From Lepidodermella squamata (Eukaryota; Animalia; Gastrotricha): 64,000 nt of DNA. The notes under the pieces were generated by a model. The model did not search any database. It saw only the letters and a program-made list of their open reading frames with translations, and was not told where the DNA came from. The stretch is taken from assembly GCA_047495785.1 (NCBI GenBank), contig JBLDXI010000054.1:4237812-4301811 (forward strand). Direction: 5' to 3'. Below are positions 14,519 to 26,460 of the stretch, one piece after another (position 1 is the stretch's first letter; every line of letters begins with the position of its first letter). The translations under genes and the position numbers were made by a program.

Positions 14519-16089
14519 GTACCAGGGGTAGGGACAATCATTAAGTAGTTAGTAAACCAGACCAAATTTTCCTTGAGCGTAAGCTCGCGATTTTCTCACT
14601 AGCTCCGCCTTATGGCGAAAGCTTGAGTCCGTCAGGGCGAGGAGAAATCGTAATTCGTGATCCTGATCCTGATCCTGCTGGTGTTTCTCATTCTGACTGA
14701 GCTAATACATGGATTTATTTATTTATTTAAAGAGCCATAACGCCCAGAAGAGGACAGCTCAGACAAGTGAAAAGTAAAGACAACAACGAAATTGAAAATC
14801 GAAATAGCATAAATAGTAGACTGATCGGGATCACTATCGAAATCAATGCAATAGTCAACATAACATGGAAACATTTAAAGCCCCATTGACTCGTTGTTGA
14901 GTTGGGGAATGGGGGCTTGGGCTCAGATGGGCTCAGATGGGCTCAGGACATTTGCGCTCTGACGATTGCGGACCGGGCTAGGTCTGGGTTGCGACTGACC
15001 AGAAAACTGATGCAGCAAAATCATGTCGTATTTTTTGAGTCATAATTCTAAATAAAATATGATTGGTAATTCGTAAACAAAAATTTATATGTAAAATTTA
15101 ACTTGATTGTTCTTCACTCGTAATATATAAATGCAATGCGCGTTTTATATTATGCGTAAATAACTTTTCTCATGTCTCATCTCTCATCAGCATTCCCTCA
15201 GCCCTGTCCTTGGTCGTTCGTTACCTATATTTTTTTATTAAACAACAAAAAACCCGCTGCAATCAATTGAGAGCAGTTGCGCTAACCGCTAACGACACTA
15301 GAAATGTGTAGATGAATCTATGGTTAAGTGAATTAGGTTGATAGGCTGTAAAGCTGTTTAGTAGGCTTGTACAGGAAGGAGTTTAATATTCGGCTATTAC
15401 GGCTGGAGATTTCAGCGAGAATACGAATTATTGTGGGTTTTCCTATTCGTAAATCGTGTAAGGCGTCAGCAGCATGTTTCGAGATAGAAGCGCGTGTTCC
15501 GAAAGAAGAAGTATTTTCTATTACCTAGAACTTATATCTGAACAAAAGCGGCTTGATACCTTTGATGACATTGCGATAACTTGTCGACGTTCGACGTTAA
15601 CGTAGGTATCGTGCGTAGAACCTGGAATATGCATAAATTCTACCCTTCTCCACGTTCCACGTCTAGTTATGTGTCCCCCGTTCTCTTTGATATTGCATGT
15701 TGTAGGACAAGGGGCGGGGCCTACTCTAATCCAAATTGATCTTTGTTTAGAACAAAGTTTCCACAATTTGTTCTGTGTTCTATCAAATTTGTTAGTGTCT
15801 CGTTTACTCTTTAGAACTCACATGCGCTGGGCGTTGGCAGTTATTCCAAAACCATGACCTAAGATTTTTCCACTTTGCTGAACCTTGACCGAAGTACCAT
15901 ACACTAAATTTTATAATCAATTGAAATGTTTGACCAGCTCCTGCGTTCGATTCAGTTCTATCCATGAGGAACAGGTTGTACATAGCGTAGCTGTGGCTCG
16001 CCCTATCACCTTGCGGACTCAAGTCGATAATGTCTCAAATCGTACACTCATCAAGACAGCAGGGCTTGCTTGTTCGAATTAGCTATTAA

Positions 16090-16775
16090 GGAGAGCCACA
16101 ATCGCTTCGCAGTAAATGCTTAAAAGATGATCAGCCTCGAGGCGATGCAGCAGAGTGATTTCTACATCGCCCCAAATCAGTACACCTAAGCGTTGAAAGC
16201 GGGAAAACATTGGATCACATCAAAATTTGGCCTCGCGAAGTGCTCCCTGGACGAAACGATATCGCGTTCGCTGGTAGAAAAGCCATTTTCAATAACCTGA
16301 TTGACTCACATGTCGCTTACTGCGATGTTGTTCTAGGCGCCGGCTCTTAATTGTCCTTGACATGCTGGACAAAGCTCAATTAGCTTAAATCCAAGTCCTG
16401 CTGCTTAAGCCGTATCAATTCCCATTGCCATTACTCGTACCGGTTACGTACCGGTAACGTACCAGCACCGGTCAGCGGTCAGCGAACGTTCTTCAAACGC
16501 GGCATTAAAGCCTGGAACGACACTCGCAGCTTCGTGTGCAAACTCGGGTCCTAAGCCACTCGTCAAGCCGCCTATCTTGTTGAGTTTGTCAAGGAGCAAT
16601 TAAAGCCATGAATTAGGCAGTTGTTTTCTACGTAGTTATTTTTTACTCGATATTCTCTATACAAAGTAACCGTGAAAACCATCACTTGCGATGAACGGGC
16701 TGCTCTAACATTTCAACCTTCAGCCCAAGAGTACCTCCAGAAATGGTGATTGGGCTTTATATTCATCCATCCATC
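16090..16775 (+). mobile_element. Highly decayed 3' fragment of a second CR1/L2-type LINE
   Basis: Residual LIDSHVAYCDVV and FFKRGIKAWND motifs typical of the post-RT region; short (ATCC)n tail near 16765. Confidence 0.5.
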
Positions 16776-16994
16776 AATACAATCACATGAAAGATCGCAA
16801 AGAAAGGAAAGATGAATTAGAGTTAGTATTTTGCGGATACCTTAAATCTCCATTTGCTAGAGTTATTTACGATTTAACTAGTTCTACTTTTTTAATCTCT
16901 GTAGGATTGTCAATATTTGTGAGAGGGTGATTGGCTTGATTTCGTCTACGACAACCACCAGAGAACGATTGGAAAGAGTGGAGAGTAGAAAGAA

Positions 16995-19900
16995 ATGAGC
17001 TCCTACCGGTCTGCCACGCTGGGCAGTCAAGGTATTCAGATGGGTACTTTGCGCACCGACGATTACAGGTTTGTTGCGTGTAAATTCTGCCGCAAAATAT
17101 TGCATGATAATTGGATTTTTAGGCGTGCTCTTACGCCCCGCGTCGACGTTGACGCAGATGCCGAGACGAGAGCTGCTGAGTATCGCAATAACGGGAACGA
17201 AGGAAACTTAGATGGTCTCAGGCAGGAGCTTATCATGGATGAACATAGAGTCCCGGTGGACGAGCTTTATGCCAGATACAGCACCGATCAAGTCAGCGGT
17301 TTATCATCTGAGCAAGCAAGGGTGTATCTCAACCGTGACGGGCTCAACGAGTTGACTCCTCCCCCAGAAATTCCTGAAGTTCTTAAATTTATGAAACAGC
17401 TTTTTGGAGGGTTTCAAATTGTGTTATGGGTGGGATCTATCGTTTGCCTTGCTGCGTATATTCTTCAGGTATTGTCAGGCATGATTGATAAATAGATTAA
17501 TTTATAATGTCTTCAAAATTTAAAGGTGACAAATTACGATCATCCGCCTCCAGACAATTTCTACATGTTCATTGTTCTTGCTGCAGTAGCTACCGTAACT
17601 GGAGTTTTCTCGTATTTTCAGGTTCGCATTCATTTACTTGTGACTAGAGGCTTTCGACAACAATACTATCACGCTTTCATTTTATAGGAATGGAGATCCT
17701 CCAAAATTTTGAACTCCTTCCGTAGCTATATTCCTCAATTCACGGTTATCATTCGTGACGGAAAACGTGAGCAAATCAGAGTTGAAGAGCTTGTCGTGGG
17801 TGACTTGGTAGAGATAAAAGCTGGAGATCGAATTCCCGCGGATATTCGACTTATTACTGCCGACCAGTTGAAAGTAGACAATTCGTCTCTAACTGGAGAA
17901 GCTGATCCGCAGTCGCGATCGCCTGATTACACAAATGAGAACCCGCTTGAAACCAAGAACCTGATTTTCATGTCCACGTACTGCGTCGAGGGAAGTTGCC
18001 GAGGCATTGTCATTCGCACCGGAGATCGAACGGTTTTCGGAAGGATCGCGAATCTTGCTTCGGGAGTAGATACACGTTCTACGAAAATCGCAAAAGAGAT
18101 TCGTTATTTCATTGTCATCGTAACGGGTAAGTGTTGTTAATATCACTTGTTTATTCGTTTAATATCAAGTTCAATCTTCCAGTCTTTTCATTCCTTCTTG
18201 GCTGCACTTGGTTTCTGATTGCATTTTTGTTGCAATATTTCTGGTGGGATGCGTTCATGTACCTCATCGGTTTGATGGTGGCTCATATTCCGCAAGGAAT
18301 TCTGACGACACTGACAGTAAGTTCCTGATCTTTAACTTTTTTTACAGACTTACAACTTTTGTTAATAAGGTATGCCTGTCGCTAACTGCGAAACGTATGG
18401 CACGTCGAAATTGTCTGGTCAAAAACCTTCAGGCTGTTGAGACATTGGGTTCAGTTTCGTGCATTTTGACCGATAAGTCAGGCACACTAACTCAGAACAG
18501 TTTGGCCGTTCAACATTTGTGGTTCGATTTGAAAACTCATGACGTCGAGCTGAATGAACAAGAAACTGCGCCTTATGCAAACACTCCGACTTATCTTGGC
18601 TTGCTGCGTGCGGCATGTCTTTGCAATAACGCCGAATTCAAACCTCATCAAGCCAGTGTGCCGGCTATGGTAAAATTACACTTTTACAAATGAAGCTAAG
18701 TAAATATATTTGTAAATGTTTTTTAGCGTCGAGAAGTTATTGGGAAAGGAGCCGAAGGAGCGATTTTGCGTTATACTGAGCTAATTTTAGGCGACAGCGT
18801 TGCTGAGCGTGAGAGATTCCCGAAAGTTGCAGAGGTAGCATTCACGTCATCTTCAAGATACCAACTGTCGATTCACGAGCTGCGCACTGAGGGATCGCGC
18901 TATTTACTGGTCATGAAAGGCGCCCCGGAGAAAGTTCTAGACAAGTGTCAAACGATGCTCCTATCAGACGAGCGCAATCAACCGATAACAGTTCAAATAA
19001 CTGACCGAGATCGCCGTGCCGTTTATGATGCCTGTGAGGAATTGGGTAGTCAGAGTGAGCAGATATTGGCGTTCGCCGATCTTGACTTGCCTCCGGCGAA
19101 ATTTCCGCCTGGATTCAATTTTAAAGTTCCATCAAGTGATCCGCCATCAGGAGCTAACTTTCCCGAAGCCGGCTATCGCTTTTTAGGACTTGTTTCGATG
19201 ATTGACCCACCGAGAGCAACCGTCCCCGATGCCGTCAGGAAATGTCGTGACGCTGGAATACGCGTGATTATGATCACTGGGGACCATCCTGCCACCGCCA
19301 AGGCCTTGGCTAGGAAAGTCAATATCATCTCGGAGAGCAGCGAAACAGTCGAAGAAATCGCAACGCGGCGTGGCATTCCTGTGGCTAACGTCAATGCCGA
19401 CGAGGCCAAGGCTTGCGTTATTCAGGGGCATGAGTTGCGCGAAATGGGTCAGCTGCTGGACGAATTCCTGTTGCGACACGAAGAAGTGATTTTCGCCCGC
19501 ACTTCGCCGTCGCAGAAAATTCTGATAACCAGTTCTTGCCAGCGTATTGGTCATGTTGTGGCAATCACGGGCGATGGTGTTAACGATGCTGTTGCGCTTG
19601 CGAAAGCGGACATTGGCATTTCAATGGGAATCACTGGCTGCGATATTAGCAAACAAGTTGCAGATGTCGTCCTCTTGGACGACAATTTCGCATCGATCGT
19701 TGCCGGTGTTGAAGAGGGTCGTCTTATCTACGACAACTTGAAAAAGACAGTCGCATATTCTATCACTTCGAACATCCCTGAGATGGTGCCTTTCATAATG
19801 TGGATCGTTGCTGATATGCCTATTTTCATCAGTACCCTGACTATTTTGTGTATTGATTTGGGAACTGACTTGCTCCCAGCTGTTTCCTTCGTTTACGAAA

Positions 19901-20620
19901 AGTCAGAAGCTGATTTAATGAAACGCAAGCCGCGCAATCCAAAGACTGACAAACTGATCAACGAACGAATGTTGGCATTCTCGTATTGTCAAATGGGTTT
20001 CATGCAGACGGTTGCTGCGTTTTTTGCAGCGTTTGTTGTCATGACCGAATTCGGGTTTTGGCCAACACGTCTGATTGGCCTTCGTCGGGAATGGGACTCG
20101 CCTGGCATTAACGACGTCGAAGACTCTTATGGTCAAGAATGGGTTAGTTATTCTGCCTCCACTATTCCCTCTTTTTGATTGGTGTTATTTTTGCTGTAGT
20201 CGATTTCCCAACGAGCAAAACTCAAGTTTTACGCCTTTTCAGCCTATTTCGTAGCGATAGTAGTTTGCCAATGGGGTAACCTGCTTGCCTGTAAAACTCG
20301 CCGCCAATCGTTGTTCCGCCACGGCATCAAATGGTAGGCACTTTTGATTGGCTAAACAGCGTATATTTATTTCAATAACTAGGAACTATGTAATGCTGTT
20401 CGCGCTCTGCTTCGAAACCATCCTAGCCGTTTTCTTGTGCTATGTTCCGGGAATGCAGACTGCTTTCCAGCTGATGCCGATTCGTTTCGAATGGTGGCTG
20501 CCTGCGCTTCCCTACGCCGCTTTTATCCTGATATTTGACGAGGGACGGAAGTTTTTCCTGCGACGGCAAGACCCCGACGCCATCGGACATGGCTTTGTTT
20601 ACAGAGAAACGTACTACTAG
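16995..20620 (+). CDS. P2C-type ATPase (Na+/K+-ATPase alpha-like), divergent, multi-exon
   Basis: Motifs [79 protein letters not shown]; C-terminal RETYY. Confidence 0.95.
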
Positions 20621-21501
20621 GTGGTCAAGAGCCAACCGGCCTACAATCCGTGCCTATTGCCTGTTACAAAATTTCCTTTATAAAACCTTGTTGCTATCTC
20701 TGGTTTTAGTCCATTTATTCGATTTTATTTGATCGCATATCGCTAGTAATATTGCTAAAAACACAATTTTTATCAACTCAGCTGATAATGTTAATTTGAG
20801 TCCTACGAGCGCACGAGCTATCTATACATACTTCGACTTTACTTGCTGGTCGGCTGAAATTAACATATCCTAAGCTTCCTTTATACACGTCAGGTTGTGA
20901 AATTAACCTTTATCTGGTACTTTCATTCCATTGGAGACGCTGACGGGCGACGATTTTGCATTTTATTCTCGAAGAAATCCAGTTCTTGAAGCTCGAAGCT
21001 CGGCGCTATTCATGTTTTTGGTTGTGTCTTTTTTACATTACACTTTTTACGGAGTTTCTACTCGAAAAAGGCTCTTTGAGCGCCTATTTTCAATTTTCGA
21101 ATCGGATGGTTGTGTTTTTGCTTGTGTCATTCTGCTCATCAACATGTTTCCAGGTTTTATGCGTCTGTCACTAGCTTCCTCTTCTTCTAATCCAAAACAG
21201 TCTATGCCCTACAGAAGAGGAAGATTACTTCAAAATATTATATGCCATATGCAGGAAGTAGCTTCTCTCAATGCTAACGCGTGAGAGCGCTGCTCCTCTC
21301 GTTGAGGTTGTGAAATTTGTTATCGTTTTTTTCTTATGAAAAATTACCGTTGTATTTAAAAAATGTCAAAGACTGCTCTACATCAATTGCCTGTAAATGC
21401 ACTTGGGCTTGTTTTATATCAAATGCTATTCGGCATCAATTTATACATTACGTAGGTACATTCAACTAATAAAACTGAATTGCTATATCTATATACGATT
21501 G

Positions 21502-21576
21502 CTACCGTAGTTTTTCCGTAGCACTACGGTAAAACTACGGAAAAACTACGGTCAGTACTACGGTATGACTACGGTA
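21502..21576. repeat. Left terminal ACTACGG array (palindromic head plus 5 direct units)
   Basis: CCGTAGTTTTTCCGTAG-CA-CTACGGTAAAACTACGG; direct units at 21523, 21534, 21545, 21557, 21568. Confidence 0.9.
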
Positions 21577-22466
21577 AAATAATTTTTAGGAAAAAAAGAT
21601 TAAATCGCTTTGTAAAATGAAGGAAAACATTAGTTGTGTTTGATAAAATAGATTTGTTATCATGACCAACCATCAAAATCCATTTAGCAATAATCTGCAT
21701 GGGCTAAAAGCAATCAGAGACATAGATGAGGGCTTGCCCAGAGCCATCGCGGACATCGCGTTATAAAAGTGCCAAAGCTGCTCATATATGCAAAGAAGTC
21801 CTCGAAACACTTCCTGGCTAGGGGAGATACGTTGCTCTATCATATGTTCACAGTGCCAACACGGAGTCTCTATTTCTCGGCCTCGATAATCGCACGCAAA
21901 ACCGCCTGTAAACCTGGGCATTTTAACCGTTTTCGACGAATCACACCTGCTTACATAACGCAAGTGAGGCTTGTAACTTTTCAGTGGGATAAAAGAGGGT
22001 GTATTCTGTCAAGTTTTTGAGGTTCCAGTCAGCGTTCCTAATTCCTCGTCTTCGAATCTCGCTGCGCAACTACGGAACAGCGAGCCAGTAGTTAAGGAGC
22101 GAAACTCGGAAATCTCAATTTAAACTGCCGCGTGGAATAATTTTTAAACATCAAAATATATATTCCGATGAATAAATAAAACAGCTATGTGGTGAATTTT
22201 CAAATTTAAATTTTTTATTAAACAACCTTCAACATCTGCATACCCGCGCAACGCCAAGCTAGTGGTTGCCGGCGGCGAGCTCGGCACCCACTACTTCGTT
22301 TTTTACTTTCAACTTGAAAACTACTGTTAATACTGTTGCTATAACGATCCTTCTTTGAGTCGATTGGTGCTTGTTTGTTTGGCTAGCAATCATTCAAGCA
22401 CCTAGCAAGCATCTTTAGGTGTTGGTCATAGAGAGTATTGTAAATGTCATTTCTAGGTATTATCTA

Positions 22467-23692
22467 ATGATGATTCGATCCTCGAATCTTATTTGTGTTC
22501 TGTCGGCCCCGACCACCTCCCTGCCGGCCAGGTTCTGGCGTGCAGACCCTGCAATCGAATTGAGAGCGCTCGTTGAGAGCTTCCGACTCCAATTCATGCC
22601 TCTCGAAAATAATGTGCAGCTATATTATGAAGTAAGTTAGGCATTTCTTGTACTAAAAGCATGCTAACTCGTGTTAAACCACAGCTCAACGAAGAAACCG
22701 ATATATTGCTGCATTCTAACGACTGTTTGAATATGTTCATCGAATATCACTCGAGTAGTAATCCGAAGAGAATAGCTCATTTGAAGCTACTACCAGCAGC
22801 TTTGCCACCAGCAGCTGCTGCTCTGCAAAGTGCGCTTAATGCGTTAATGCCCAACAACAACAGCTCGGCATCGCCGTCTTCTTTCAACGCCCTGCAATCT
22901 CTACTACAATCTCCAGCTGCTGCTAGCGGGATTTTGCAGAACACTCCAGCTTTGCAAAGCTTGTTTCTGCAAAGTTCTGTGAACCCAAAAACAGCTACAT
23001 CGGCAGCTTCGAGGCCGGCTGTAACCGCTACTCCTAGGGCTACGAAGCGCTCTGCTGCTGGAGCGTCTAAAGGCGAAGGCGTCTCGAATAAAACGAGACG
23101 GGTAGCTTTCGAAGATGATTCGTCTCCGGGCTCTGACTCTGATGATGATGAGGATGGCGAAAGAAGTGGTAGGTAAGCTGCCCTACTTCATTCAATAGTT
23201 AATAGTTAACAATGGGATTTCTATTAAGGAGTGCTCGATCTGCGGTCTATCGAAGCGGGGAGGATGGAAGTAGAGGAGACCGAGAGCGGAGGGATCGAGA
23301 CCGAAGCAGCAGCATCAGCGGGGGAAACGCTCACGACCGCAGGAGCAGAAGATCTGACGACTTCTGGAGCGGTGAAACCTCTTGGAGATCCCCTTGCGCG
23401 TAAGTATATTATTCAGTTTAATCCTGTTAATGTTTCACTTGCTTCTTTCTGTTTGTATAGCCTCCTCATAGCAAATACTGAGCAGGCGCGAGTAGCACCC
23501 CGTCCTTTCGAGCCCCGCGAAATCGATGTCCTTCAGCAAATAGCCCAACAATTATTAGCCGACAAAAAGGAGCTAACTGAAGAGACTGTGCTAGATGCTA
23601 TGTCAAAGTTACGCATCAGCCTCGCTGAATCCTTCAGTGGACGTAAGCTCGGGAGTCTGGTAAGGAAAATGAAGGAAATCGGGAAGAAATGA
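22467..23692 (+). CDS. Uncharacterised spliced ORF inside the YR element (low-complexity Ala/Ser/acidic middle)
   Basis: ORF pieces 22419-22640, 22661-23176 and 23231-23692 can be joined by short GT-AG introns. No recognisable family. Confidence 0.55.
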
Positions 23693-23753
23693 TTTGAAGC
23701 AAGGTTTAGCTCATGCAATTGAGGTGATTTTTTGTTATTTAGATATTGTTGAA

Positions 23754-26169
23754 ATGCAAATCGTGAGGATCAGACATCAGTCAGCTGTCAAGCTTGCTGA
23801 AATAAAAGGGAGCGCTTTTCAGTGTCTCGTTGACGCGACAAAGCGTTTATTTGGCCCGGGCAAATATTCGTTCTTTTGGGGTAATTATTGTGAATTTTTG
23901 TTAAGTATAAGTATATGGAAAATCTCAGATTTAGGCATTGATAAGATCAATCTGGATGAAGAGCAGCTTGATTTAGCTCTCAAGTGTGAATCTTCATTAA
24001 CAATTGATGCCGTCAAGTGTGATGGTGCCCCTAGTGGCGAGAAGACGGCGAAGGCGAAAACTGAGAGTGCTGAATCGTCTCCTCCCAAGTCGAATTCACG
24101 CGAGCCTGATCGCCAGCCGCGCATTCAGAAGCGATTCTATGGTCGATTTCAGAAGGAGCATAGAAGTGGAAAGTCTAGACATCCTGGCATAGGACGGCCG
24201 TGCCCGAAATGCGGGAAGAAGCTGAGTGATCGAACTGCTTTGGTTCGCCACTTACGAGGCAAGCGGGCTTGTCCAGTCGGTTTGGGCAAGGATTCGATTT
24301 CATCTCTTTGTGAAGAATCCCAAAGGTAATGAGACTTTTAGGCTCTATGGTACAGGAATATTGTGCTATGCTTTTCAGACTCGCTCAGCAATTAAAATCA
24401 AACAAAAAGCCCGAGGAATTCTCCAAGATAGAACCCTCCACGTCCACTGAGTGTAAAGCTATTCCTGCTCAAAACGTCGTCACTGTTACTGTTAACAACG
24501 GGACATTGGCTGGAAACGTGTCAGAACCAAAGAAGAACGAAGAATCAAGTGTCGAAGAGATCGATTACTATTTCGCCCAGTTCGAGAAATCATTTGATAA
24601 TCCTATCTTTGGCTCCAGCAACCGAGCCCCGAGTACTATAAAAAAACTCATATCGTCGGCCCGGCAGGTCATTTCGATTTGCGGTTACCGTAATCTGGCT
24701 GAATTGTACAGCAAAGAGGGCTTCAACAAACTGGAGAAGCCTTTCATTCGAGCCGTTTCGTTCAGCTCGAAGAAAGCCATGTGCCAAGGCCTTCTAGAGT
24801 TTGTGGAATTCCTCGAGTTTTTCGATGAATTATCAGTGGATGAAAGGCGTCGGGTGCTTCTAATCGCGTATTTGAAGAAAGCTTACGCCTCGTTTTGCCG
24901 GGGCGTTGCTGAAGATAACAGCGTTCGTCGAATTCGGCTCTCCGAGAGCATTCGGAACGGAGAATTGCCCTCGTATGCCGAGGTTTGTCAAGTTGTTAAT
25001 GCCCTCCAGCAGCAAGTTTCTGGTTTTCTATCGACGCCAAAGTTGAACGCTGAAGACCTTAAGACATTTTTTGCCTGGGTAGCTTTTACTCTAGTAAAGC
25101 GCTGTGCCATCAGACCTGGCGCCCTTACCCAGATGCTTGTTCAAGAATTTCTAAAGCCTATTCGAGTTGGCGAGGACACGGTACTTATTCATGTGAAAGG
25201 TTAGTTTTTGAAGTTCTCTCAACTATTATGAGCTGACTTTGTCTGTTTCCGTTATGCAGGGCAAAAGGTTTCTACGTACAATGATGGGTACGTCAATCTC
25301 CCGAAGGCGACATACGACGCCTGTTCGACCTACTGGAAGAAATGGCGGGTTAACAACCGCGACAATGAAAAGCGATTCTTCACCCTTGTTGTGGCGTCAA
25401 AGGTTCGCTGCCTTGAATCCTCGGATCTTGGCAGACTTTGCAATCTGAAATTTCGTGATGTCATTGGCAAGGACTTCACGTTCACTGGATTCAGACAATA
25501 CATGCAGACGATATTTGCGCAAACGTGCACGGATAAATGGGAAAAAAAATGGTTCAACCGTGTAATGCAGCACAGGTGCGTTGATTTCTGCCCCATTTTT
25601 TGCTTATTTAAATGAGTCATTCTAGCGATTCCGTCGGGGACAAATATTACGAGATGGCGATGGCGCCAAAGTTTCATGCCCAGATGGGCCTTAAAATTGA
25701 AAGTGAAATGCTCCTCAGGGAGGCTAACTGGGTGGCTGCGGGCAGCCGAATTGCCGACACAGAGTCGGAGAACGAGCAACCCATCTCCGACGATGATGAA
25801 TCTCAAGCCGCTCTTAATCCGAGCGCCATGCAATCGCCAAAGCGCAGTGCAGGCAGGTCAGTTGCTGGATCGAGGAAGTTGAGCGGCAGCGCAGTTAGCA
25901 GCGACGCTGAATCAACAGAGCTTTCGTCAACGAAGCGGGGTCGCGGTAGTAGGAAGTTGAGCGGCAGCGCAGTTAGCAGCGACGCTGAATCAACAGAGCT
26001 TTCGTCAACGAAGCCGGGTCGCGGTAGATCCAAGAAGACCATCAAAGCCGAAAAATCGGCACAACAGCCGTTGAAGAAAGACACGAAGAAAGAACTGCCG
26101 TCGAAAGAAGACAAGGCAGTGAAGCGGGGTCGGGGTAGACCCAAAAAATCACTTGCTTTGAAACTCTGA
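23754..26169 (+). CDS. Tyrosine recombinase with C2H2-like zinc finger and AT-hook tail (about 5 exons)
   Basis: Zinc finger CPKCGKKLSDRTALVRH. After removing introns ~24326-24378, ~25200-25259 and ~25576-25625 the protein reads AIRPG (R) ... VKGQKV (K) ... FTFTGFRQYMQT (xxxR) ... VMQHSDSVGDKYY (H, Y). C-terminal KRGRGRPKK. Confidence 0.75.
25873..26028 (+). repeat. 78-bp in-frame tandem duplication (RKLSGSAVSSDAESTELSSTKRGRGS x2)
   Basis: Near-identical direct repeat in the YR C-terminal exon. Confidence 0.9.
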
Positions 26170-26377
26170 AGTCTTTGAAGTGACTTGAAAGCGTATCAAA
26201 CACTTAGTTCAATTCATATTGAATTTAGTTCAATTTATTTTGAAAATAAAATCGAAATATTTCCAATGCTGTCTTTTATTACCTGGAAATCGGATCAATG
26301 TTGTTTACCCTCGCAAGACAGTGCCGCGTGAATAGCACATGCAGAAAAAATTGAAGAGGCAGCGATATCAAATTTTG

Positions 26378-26460
26378 CTACGGTAGAAAAACTACTGCAA
26401 TTACGACTACGGAAAAACTACGGAAAAACTACGGCAATAACTACGGTAGAACTACGGTAG
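26378..26460. repeat. Right terminal ACTACGG array
   Basis: Units at 26406, 26417, 26428, 26440, 26451 plus degenerate copies upstream. Confidence 0.9.

Larger units (their letters stand above)
21502..26460 (+). mobile_element. Putative tyrosine-recombinase DNA transposon (Crypton-like), ~4.96 kb
   Basis: Both ends are arrays of ACTACGG, with inverted outer ends CTACCGTAGTT...AACTACGGTAG. The interior encodes a spliced YR protein. Confidence 0.7.

Noticed and set aside
21502-21576. CRISPR-like array
   Set aside because: 7-bp units with 4-5 bp spacers in a eukaryote, no cas genes
21860-21915. GGFACDYRG as a SET-domain fragment
   Set aside because: The downstream NHS and ELxxDY motifs are absent
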